A DNA stretch of 64,000 nucleotides from positions 10,770-74,769 of the forward strand of contig VGZG01000001.1 of assembly GCA_016872675.1 (NCBI GenBank), read 5' to 3'. Below the pieces are notes generated by a model. It was not told the DNA's origin, made no database searches, and saw nothing but the letters and a program-made list of their open reading frames with translations. Below are positions 48,202 through 55,593 of the stretch, piece by piece; position 1 is the first letter of the stretch; every line of letters begins with the position of its first letter. The DNA comes from Planctomycetota bacterium. Lineage in GTDB: Bacteria > Planctomycetota > UBA1135 > UBA2386. The translations under genes and the position numbers were made by a program.

Positions 48202-49569
48202 ATGGTGCGCGCCACCATGGCATCCGGTTCCTCACGTCGTGACTTCCTCGTCGGCAGCGCCGCCGCAGCGGCCGCCGGCCGCTTCGCCCATCCCGGCTTC
48301 GCCGCCGCGCCGCTGCGCCGGCTGTCGCCCAACGAACGGCTGCGTATCGGCGCCGTCGGCTGCGGTGGCAAGGGCCTGTCCGACATCCAGGCCTGCGCCA
48401 AGAACCACGACGTCATCGCGCTGTGCGACGTCGACCTCGGCAAGGCCAAGCAGGTGCGCGAGGAGAACCCGAAGGCGGCGTTCTACGAGGACTGGCGCGA
48501 CATGCTCGACATCGAGAAGCTCGACGCGCTGACCGTCAGCACGCCCGACCACCTGCACGCCGGCCCGGCGCTGGCGGCGATGGCGCGCGGCATCCACGTC
48601 TTCGTGCAGAAGCCGCTGTCGCACACGGTCGAGGAGGCCCGCTTGCTGCTGCAGGCCGCGCGCAAGACCAAGGTCATCACGTCGATGGGCAACCAGGGCA
48701 CCTGCCTCGATGGCTTCCGCACCGCCACCGAGTGCGTGCGCGGCGACGTCATCGGCAACGTCACCGAGGTGCACGTCTGGACCAACCGACCGATCTGGCC
48801 GCAGGGCATCGGCCGGCCCAAGCACGTCGATGCGATCCCGGCGACGTTCCGCTGGGACCTGTGGCTCGGGCCGGCAGCGTGGCGACCGTACGCCACCGGC
48901 CGCAAGGACGGCGAGTTCAAGGGCTACGCGCCGTTCCAGTGGCGCGCGTGGTGGGACTTCGGCACCGGCGCGCTCGGCGACATGGCCTGCCACGTCGCCA
49001 ACATGCCGTTCTACGCGCTCGAACTCGACGCCCCGACGTCGGTCGAGGCGGTCGCCGACAGCCGCAACGACGAGACGGCGCCCAAGCGCAGCACGATCAA
49101 CTTCCAGTTCGCGGCCCGCGGCGCGCGCGGCCCGATCAAGATGGTCTGGTACGACGGCGGCGACCTGCCGCCGACGACGCTCCTGCCGGGCGTGAAGTGG
49201 CACAGCGGCGGCTTCCTGCTGGTCGGCGACAAGGGCATCCTCTACTCGCCCACCGACTACGGCGAGTCGTTCCACATCTACGACAAGGCCGGCAACCCGC
49301 TGCAGTACACGGCGCCGACGCCGACGCTGCCGCGCTCGCCCGGCATCCACGAGGAGTGGCTGCAGGGCATCCTGACCAAGACGCAGCCGATGGCGAACTT
49401 CGAGTACGCCGCCCCGTTCACCGAGGCGATGCTGCTCGGCAACCTGGCGCTGCGCACCGGCGAGCGCATCGAATGGGACGCCGCCGCGATGAAGGTCACC
49501 AACTCGGCGGCCGCGCAGGCGATGATCAGCAAGACCTACCGCCGCGGCTTCGAGCTGACGAAGGTCTGA
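48202..49569 (+). CDS. Gfo/Idh/MocA family oxidoreductase with Tat signal
   Basis: 455-aa ORF with the twin-arginine signal SRRDFLVGSAAAAAAG. The Rossmann motif is IGAVGCGGKG, with EKPL-type VQKPLSHT. An alternative ATG lies at 48217. Confidence 0.88.
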   Translation: MVRATMASGSSRRDFLVGSAAAAAAGRFAHPGFAAAPLRRLSPNERLRIGAVGCGGKGLSDIQACAKNHDVIALCDVDLGKAKQVREENPKAAFYEDWRDMLDIEKLDALTVSTPDHLHAGPALAAMARGIHVFVQKPLSHTVEEARLLLQAARKTKVITSMGNQGTCLDGFRTATECVRGDVIGNVTEVHVWTNRPIWPQGIGRPKHVDAIPATFRWDLWLGPAAWRPYATGRKDGEFKGYAPFQWRAWWDFGTGALGDMACHVANMPFYALELDAPTSVEAVADSRNDETAPKRSTINFQFAARGARGPIKMVWYDGGDLPPTTLLPGVKWHSGGFLLVGDKGILYSPTDYGESFHIYDKAGNPLQYTAPTPTLPRSPGIHEEWLQGILTKTQPMANFEYAAPFTEAMLLGNLALRTGERIEWDAAAMKVTNSAAAQAMISKTYRRGFELTKV

Positions 49570-49606
49570 GCAGGCGAGCCCGCCACCGCCAGCGCCCGGC
49601 GGCGCG

Positions 49607-52024
49607 TCAGCCGCCGGCGACGCAGTGCGCGTCGAGCCACGCGCACATCTCGGCGAGGCAGTGCAGCACGTTCTCGCGCGCGGCGTAGCCGTGGCTCTCG
49701 CTCGGCAGCATGCACAGCCGCGCGTGCCCGCCGTTGCCCTTGACCGCCGCGAACATGCGCTGGCTCTGCAGCGGGAAGGTGCCGGTGTTGTCGTCGTCGG
49801 CGCCGTGCACGAACAGGATCGGCTCCTGGATGCGGTGCGCGTGGCGGAACGGCGACATGGTGTCGTAGATCTCCGGCGCCTCCCAGTAGGTGCGGTCCTC
49901 GTTCTGGAAGCCAAAGGGCGTCAGCGTGCGGTTGAACGCGCCGGAACGGGCGATGCCGCAGCGGAACAGGTCGGTGTGCGCCAGCAGGTTGGCCGTCATG
50001 AAGGCGCCATAGCTGTGGCCAGCGACGGCGAGGCGCGCGGTGTCGACAGCGCCGTCCTTTGCGAGCGCCTCGACGGCGGCGCGAGCGTTCTGCTGCAACT
50101 GCGCCACGAACGTGTCGTTGGCCGAGCGCTGCGGGCCGACGATCGGCATCGACGCGTCGTCGAAGACCGCGTAGCCGGCGAGCAGCAGCGCCAGGTGCGA
50201 GCTGCCCGCCGGCCGCAGCCAGCGATTGGGCGTCGAGCGCACCTGGCCGGCATCGCTCGCCTGGGTGAACTCGACGGGGTAGGCCCAGACGAGGCACGGC
50301 AGGCGCTTCTGGCCGTCGTGGCCGGGGGGCAGGTACAGCGTGCCCGACATCTGCACGCCGTCCTCGCGCGCGTAGGTGAGGATGCGCTTCTGCGCGCCGC
50401 GCAGGGCCTCGCCAGCCGGGTCCTCGAACTGCCGCAGGATCGTGCGCTTGGCCGCGACGAGATCGACGACGACCAGCGCCGGCGGCAGATCGCGCGACTC
50501 GCTGCGCACCAGCAGCCGCAGGCCGCGCGCGTCGAGGAAGCCGAGGAACTGCTCGTGGCGGCTGGCATCGGCGTGGAACAAGCGCTCCTTGCGGCCGGTC
50601 GCGAGGTCCCAGCGATCGACGAACGGCCGGTTGCCCTGCGGCGAGGCGCCGTCGCCGGCGAGGAACACCGCGTCGCCGGCCATGCGCACGAGCGCGCGGC
50701 CGTCGGCCTGTCGCTCCACCACCGGGCTGCCCGGGTCGCCGTACGCGTCCTGCGTCGAGCGCTCGAGCAGCAGCACGCCGGGCTGGCCCGGCAGCTTGGC
50801 GTCGAAGCGCCACAAACGGGCGCGGCGCGAACGGCGATCGAACTCGCTCGCCAGCGCCAGCGCGCCGTCGCTGCCAAACTGCAGCCCGGCGGCGCGGTGC
50901 TCGGTGCGGAACCACACCTGCGGCTCGCCCGCCGGCTCGTCGAGCCGCCAGACGGCGTCGCGCAGCGGCACGTTGGCCTTCGGATCGCCGCCGTCGAGCG
51001 CTTCGGTCCACACCAGCGTGTGCGGCAGCGACGCCACCCAAGCAACCCCGCGCGGACCAGTCGGCACGCCGCCGATCGGCACCGTCTCCTGCAGCGGCGT
51101 GCGGGCGACGAGGCGCGCCGAGCGGCCTTCGAGGTCGAGCACTTCGACCACGCGCGGAAACGCGGCGCGCGGGTGCTGGTAGCTGTACGGCCGTTCGATG
51201 CGCGACGCCAGCAGCAGCGCGCCGTCCGGCGACGGCTCGGCGCGCTCCCACAGCGCCGGCGCGCCGACCAGCGCGCGGCCGCCCGCCGCCGGGTCGACGA
51301 TCGTCAGTTGGCTGCGCCCGAAGTGCTCGAATAGCAACTCGTCATGGGCGTCCTGCAGCAGGTCCTGGTAGGTGCGCGCCGGCGCCTTCTCGCCCGGCCG
51401 CGCCACCTGTATCTGCGGGCCGGTCGGCACGAGCGGCCGCTCCGGCGCCTGACCGGGCACGACGGCGAAGACCAGCAGCCGCCGCTGATCGGTCAGCCAC
51501 TGCGCGCCGCCGGCGAGCACGGCGTTGACGCGCACGCCGTCGACGCGACGCGGCGGCGCCGTCGCCGGATCGGCTACCCACAGCTCGCCGCCGCCGTCGG
51601 CGGCGCGCACCAGCGCATAAGCGCGGTCGTCGGCGCTCCACAGCGGGCCGGACCAGTGCCCTGGCGCGATCGGCACGGTGATTTCCGCGCCGTCGGCGAC
51701 GGCGCGCAGCACGAGCCCGGTCGTCTTCGTCGCCAACTCAGGGCCGTGCGCGACCGGATCGACGCGCGTGCCGGCGAGCTTGAGGTGCGGCCGCGCGACG
51801 ACGTCGAGGCCGGGCAGCGCTTCGCGCGCGCGCAGCGTCAACCACGTCCGCTGCGGCGACAACTGCGCATCGGGCGGCGGCGGCGCCTCGACGAGACGCG
51901 CAATGGCCTCGGATGGCCGCAGCCAGCCGGCGTCCGGCGGTGTTTGGGCGGCGAGCGGCGACAGCAGAGCCGCCAGTGCGGCAGCGGGGAGCGGAAGGCG
52001 CGGTGAAGCCATGCCGCACATCAT
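49607..52024 (-). CDS. S9 family serine peptidase (prolyl oligopeptidase/glutamyl endopeptidase-like), secreted
   Basis: 805-aa ORF. The likely start is MASPRLPLPAAALAALLSPLAAQ at 52012. It has an N-terminal beta-propeller-like region. The C-terminal alpha/beta hydrolase carries the nucleophile GHSYGA, then HGADDDN and SHGY. Confidence 0.85.
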   Translation of the reverse strand: MMCGMASPRLPLPAAALAALLSPLAAQTPPDAGWLRPSEAIARLVEAPPPPDAQLSPQRTWLTLRAREALPGLDVVARPHLKLAGTRVDPVAHGPELATKTTGLVLRAVADGAEITVPIAPGHWSGPLWSADDRAYALVRAADGGGELWVADPATAPPRRVDGVRVNAVLAGGAQWLTDQRRLLVFAVVPGQAPERPLVPTGPQIQVARPGEKAPARTYQDLLQDAHDELLFEHFGRSQLTIVDPAAGGRALVGAPALWERAEPSPDGALLLASRIERPYSYQHPRAAFPRVVEVLDLEGRSARLVARTPLQETVPIGGVPTGPRGVAWVASLPHTLVWTEALDGGDPKANVPLRDAVWRLDEPAGEPQVWFRTEHRAAGLQFGSDGALALASEFDRRSRRARLWRFDAKLPGQPGVLLLERSTQDAYGDPGSPVVERQADGRALVRMAGDAVFLAGDGASPQGNRPFVDRWDLATGRKERLFHADASRHEQFLGFLDARGLRLLVRSESRDLPPALVVVDLVAAKRTILRQFEDPAGEALRGAQKRILTYAREDGVQMSGTLYLPPGHDGQKRLPCLVWAYPVEFTQASDAGQVRSTPNRWLRPAGSSHLALLLAGYAVFDDASMPIVGPQRSANDTFVAQLQQNARAAVEALAKDGAVDTARLAVAGHSYGAFMTANLLAHTDLFRCGIARSGAFNRTLTPFGFQNEDRTYWEAPEIYDTMSPFRHAHRIQEPILFVHGADDDNTGTFPLQSQRMFAAVKGNGGHARLCMLPSESHGYAARENVLHCLAEMCAWLDAHCVAGG

Positions 52025-52050
52025 GCCGCAGGCGCGGCCGCGGCGCAGGC

Positions 52051-52467
52051 TCAGCGGTGCGCGATACGATCCAGCGACTCGCGATGCTTCTGCGCGAAGG
52101 TCTCGCGGAAGTCGGCGCCGTCGACGAAGTCGAGGCGCGAGTCGGTCGACCGTCGGCTCAGCAGCTCGGCGTCGATGAGGTTGAAGACGATCTCGCCGAA
52201 GTCGGACGACTTGTGGATGCCCCAGCGGTCGAACACCAGCGCGGCCATGGGCCCGAACTGCAGCGATGCATACTCCTTGATGCCGATCAGCAGCTCGCGG
52301 CCGCCGACGTGGCGATCCTCACCGCTCTTCTCCTCACGGCCGAGCTCGGCCATGGTCCAGTCGAGGGCGTCGAGGACGAAGTAGTAGGCGTGGCGCGAGT
52401 AGCGTCGATCGCGACGGCGCACCTTCTGGATCTTGTCTTCGAGCAGGTCCTGTTCAGCAGTTGCCAT
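52051..52467 (-). CDS. Minf_1886 family protein (PVC-restricted conserved hypothetical)
   Basis: Track ORF trimmed to MATAEQDLLEDKI, with AAGGA about 9 nt upstream. The family hallmarks as I remember them are RRDRRYSRHAYYFVLDAL...RHVGGRELL...FDRWGIHKSSDFGEIVFNLI. Confidence 0.78.
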   Translation of the reverse strand: MATAEQDLLEDKIQKVRRRDRRYSRHAYYFVLDALDWTMAELGREEKSGEDRHVGGRELLIGIKEYASLQFGPMAALVFDRWGIHKSSDFGEIVFNLIDAELLSRRSTDSRLDFVDGADFRETFAQKHRESLDRIAHR

Positions 52468-52617
52468 CGACACGGTTCCTTCGAGGACGCAGCGGCGGCG
52501 CGACGCCAGCGCTATCGACACTTTCGGAACCGCCCTTGAGCGCGGCGGGGTGACCAACCCGACGCGCCATCCAAGCCAAACCACGACGGTAACGGCCGAT
52601 CCCAACGGCCGCCCCGC

Positions 52618-53706
52618 TCACGTTGTGGAGAACGATGCAAGGCAGGCGACCAGCGCCTGCTCCGGCGGGATGAGCAGGTCGAGGTCCCGCTCCGTCGCCA
52701 AGGTTCGTTCGAGCCACGCCGTCCATGGTTCCGTGCGCGGCGCAGGGTAGGTAGCGTCCGCAGCGTCCGCAAGGGCGCATACGGCAGCGTGCAACTCGCG
52801 GCGCAGCAACCACAGAAAGTTCCGCGCCGCATCGACTTCCAGGTGCCGGCTGCGCGCACCGGCGAGCGCTTCGCGGGCCAGCGCGACGGGCCGCAACCGA
52901 ACGGGCTCGGCGAGCGCCTGACGCACAAGATGGTGTAGCTGTACCACCCGTTCGGTGCACGCCAGCAGCGCTTGGCCGAGGCTGCCGCCAGCCAGCCGTA
53001 CGGCGTCTTCGTGGTGTGGAGAACGTTCTGGAATTCGTGCGGAAAGTTCGCGACGCAGAACCGCCTCGGCCAGTGGCAGCACGCCCAGACGCTGCGCCCG
53101 CGAGTGGATCGTCGGCAGCAGATTCTCCGGCCGCGCGGCTTCGAGCAGCAGATACGTGCGCTCGCCAGGCTCCTCCAGCGTCTTCAGCAGCGCGTTCTGG
53201 CCCTCTTCGTCCATGCAGTCGGCATCGGCGATCACCAGTACGCGGGCGCGGCCCTCGACGGCGTGCCGCTGCAACGTCTCCTGCGCGCGGCGGATCTGGT
53301 CGACCTTGATGACGTAGAAGCTCTTCTTCCACTCGTCCTTGTCGTCCTCGTCGCGGGCACGATCAACGAGGTGCACGTCGGGGTGCATGCCGTTGGCGAC
53401 GCGCGTGCAGGTGCGACAGACGCCGCATGGCCCGGCGTCGTCGAGATCGGACGGGCACAGCAACGCCGCCGTCAACCACTGGATGACGGTGGTCTTGCCG
53501 GCGCCGCGCGCGCCGGCGACGACGAACGCATGCGGCAGCGCGCCGGTGCGCGCGAGCTTGAGCCAGCGGGCCAGCGCCTCGCCCTGGCCGAGCGGCGCGC
53601 ATAACCGCAGGACGCCATCGCGACCAACTTCAGACCCCCCGTCGGCAGCCATCGACTGGCTCGCCGACGGGATGCGCGCTTCCCGCACCCACTTGCCCGC
53701 GGTCAC
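52618..53706 (-). CDS. holB: DNA polymerase III delta' subunit (HolB-like AAA+ clamp-loader subunit)
   Basis: 362-aa ORF whose GTG start overlaps the tmk stop (GTGA). The motifs are HAFVVAGARGAGKT, the zinc module CGVCRTC, VLVIADADCMDEEGQNALLKTLEEP, and SRAQ (sensor). An alternative ATG lies at 53652. Confidence 0.82.
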   Translation of the reverse strand: MTAGKWVREARIPSASQSMAADGGSEVGRDGVLRLCAPLGQGEALARWLKLARTGALPHAFVVAGARGAGKTTVIQWLTAALLCPSDLDDAGPCGVCRTCTRVANGMHPDVHLVDRARDEDDKDEWKKSFYVIKVDQIRRAQETLQRHAVEGRARVLVIADADCMDEEGQNALLKTLEEPGERTYLLLEAARPENLLPTIHSRAQRLGVLPLAEAVLRRELSARIPERSPHHEDAVRLAGGSLGQALLACTERVVQLHHLVRQALAEPVRLRPVALAREALAGARSRHLEVDAARNFLWLLRRELHAAVCALADAADATYPAPRTEPWTAWLERTLATERDLDLLIPPEQALVACLASFSTT

Positions 53707-54320
53707 GCCAACAACCTCGTCAGCGCCGCGCGCAGGTCCTGCTGCACGGCGTCGAACGGCCGGCTAGCGTCGAGCAGATGCGCGCGCGGATCGAGCGCCG
53801 CAGCACGGCGATAGCCTTCGCGCACGCGCGCGTGGTAGTTCGCCGGCCGCGCCTCGATGCGGTCGCTCGCGCGCGCCGCGCGCCGCGCCAACGCGACGTC
53901 GGCGCCAACGTCGAGCACGAACACCGCGTCGGGCAGGCAGGCGCCGTGCACCGCGCGCGTGACGTCGAACACCCAGTCGGTTGGCAGGCCCGGCGACGTC
54001 GCCAGCGCCTGGTAGACCAGCGTCGACAGGTAGCCGCGTTCGGCGACGACGACCCCGCCGCGCGCCAGCGCCGGCGCCACCTGCTGCGCCACCAGTTCGG
54101 CGCGCGCGGCCGAGAACAGCAACGCCTCGGTGACCGGCTGTAGGTGTCCGGTCGCCGGCGCCAGCAGCAGATTACGCAGCGCTTCGCCGACCGGCGTCGA
54201 GCCGGGTTCGCGCACGTGCAGCGTCTCACGGCCCTGCGCGCGCAGCCACTCGACCAGCGCCTGCGCCTGCGACGACTTGCCGCAGCCGTCCGCGCCATCG
54301 AGTTGCACGTAGACGCTCAC
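53703..54320 (-). CDS. tmk: dTMP (thymidylate) kinase
   Basis: Track ORF 53703..54806 trimmed to a GTG overlapping the upstream stop (GTGA). The sequence is VSVYVQLDGADGCGKSSQAQAL...REPGSTPVGEALR... The protein is 205 aa. Confidence 0.85.
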   Translation of the reverse strand: MSVYVQLDGADGCGKSSQAQALVEWLRAQGRETLHVREPGSTPVGEALRNLLLAPATGHLQPVTEALLFSAARAELVAQQVAPALARGGVVVAERGYLSTLVYQALATSPGLPTDWVFDVTRAVHGACLPDAVFVLDVGADVALARRAARASDRIEARPANYHARVREGYRRAAALDPRAHLLDASRPFDAVQQDLRAALTRLLA

Positions 54321-55540
54321 TGGAGTTCCTCGAGCAGTTGCCGCAGTTCCGGCGACTTGGCCAGTTCTTCCTGCAGCGACAGCGCCATGTAGCTGACCGC
54401 GGCGCGCGTGCGGTTGCCGAGGAAACGACCGACCTCGCTGCCGGAAAGGCCGTTCTGCAGGCACAGCCAGGCCAGCGCCTTGCGCGCGCGGCTGATGGCG
54501 CGTCCCTGGCGCTTGCCCAGCAGTTCGGACGCCGGCGCCGCGAACTTCTCGGCGACGCGGTCGCGCAGGCGCGCGAACACGCGGCTCGGATCGATGAGCT
54601 CGAGGTACTTCGGCGGCAGGTGCGCGCCGCGCTGGCGCGCCCACGCCGCGCGCAGTTCGGGATAGCCGCCGACGACGCTCTGCGCCATCGACTCGATCTG
54701 GTTGGCGAGACCGTTGCGCGACGGCTTGCCCGCGAGCGCGCGCAGGTACCGCAGGCGCGCCATCGGGCCCGGCCGCTCGATCGCGGCAACGAAGCCAGCG
54801 AGGCACGACGACGCCAGCGTCGGATCGAGGTCGTGAACTTCGTGCGGATGCCAGCGCGACGCCAGCACCGTCGGCTGCCCCACCGCCTCACGAGCGCGCA
54901 GCACGCCGAGCACGAACTTCTGCAGCTTCGGCTTGCCGGCAATGCGGTGGAACTCGTCGAGGACCAGCGGCTTGTCCTGGGCCAGTTCCTCGAACAGCGC
55001 CGGCACGCGGTTCTCGTGGTGCGCCGACTGGAAGGCCTTGAGCAGGTCCGGCAACTCGAACCACAGGCACGGCGCGCCGGGCCGCCCGCCGCGCGGGCGA
55101 CCGTCTGACTGCTCGCGCCACCAACGCAACAAGAAGGTCTTGCCGACGCCGCTCGGACCGTGGAAGCAGAACAGGTTTGACGGCATCGGCTTGCCATCGC
55201 CGAGCGACTTCAGCACCAGCCAGGCGGTGCGGTTGCTGTCGTCGACGACCGGCTGCTGCGGCGAGACCTCGAGCTCGTCGAAGTTGCGCGACTCCGGGAT
55301 CTGCACCTCGACGGCGAGGTCGATGCCGAAGTCGCCGGACAGCACGTCCTGCAACAGCGGCTGGAACAACGCACGCACGCGATCGGCAGCCAACCGGTTC
55401 TGCGCCTCGAGATAGACGGTGCCGCGTTCGAGCAGGACCGGCCGGAGGCCCGCCAGCCATGCGTCATACGCAGCCGTGCCGGCCCGCTCCCGCAGGGCGG
55501 ACTGCACGCGCGACCAGCTTTCCTCGAGCATGGGGAGCAT
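54317..55540 (-). CDS. Divergent DnaA-family AAA+ protein (DnaA N-domain-like, AAA+, DnaA domain IV-like HTH)
   Basis: Track ORF trimmed to MLPMLEESWSRVQSAL. Walker A is FHGPSGVGKTFLL and Walker B-like is LVLDEFHRIAGKPKLQKF. VLASRWHP is equivalent to the DnaA 'SDRPP' region. The C-terminus KRQGRAISRARKALAWLCLQNGLSGSEVGRFLGNRTRAAVSY parallels DnaA domain IV. Confidence 0.75.
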   Translation of the reverse strand: MLPMLEESWSRVQSALRERAGTAAYDAWLAGLRPVLLERGTVYLEAQNRLAADRVRALFQPLLQDVLSGDFGIDLAVEVQIPESRNFDELEVSPQQPVVDDSNRTAWLVLKSLGDGKPMPSNLFCFHGPSGVGKTFLLRWWREQSDGRPRGGRPGAPCLWFELPDLLKAFQSAHHENRVPALFEELAQDKPLVLDEFHRIAGKPKLQKFVLGVLRAREAVGQPTVLASRWHPHEVHDLDPTLASSCLAGFVAAIERPGPMARLRYLRALAGKPSRNGLANQIESMAQSVVGGYPELRAAWARQRGAHLPPKYLELIDPSRVFARLRDRVAEKFAAPASELLGKRQGRAISRARKALAWLCLQNGLSGSEVGRFLGNRTRAAVSYMALSLQEELAKSPELRQLLEELQ

Positions 55541-55593
55541 GAAGCATTCGCGGCCGGGATCGCCCGGCCGGGGGAGCAAACGCTAGTGCCTCG

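Noticed and set aside
55541-55593. A replication origin (DnaA boxes, AT-rich DUE) next to the DnaA-family gene.
   Set aside because: The spacer is only 53 nt and GC-rich, with a hairpin. I noticed no TTATCCACA-like boxes or AT-rich unwinding element around 54-59 kb. The visual scan was not exhaustive.
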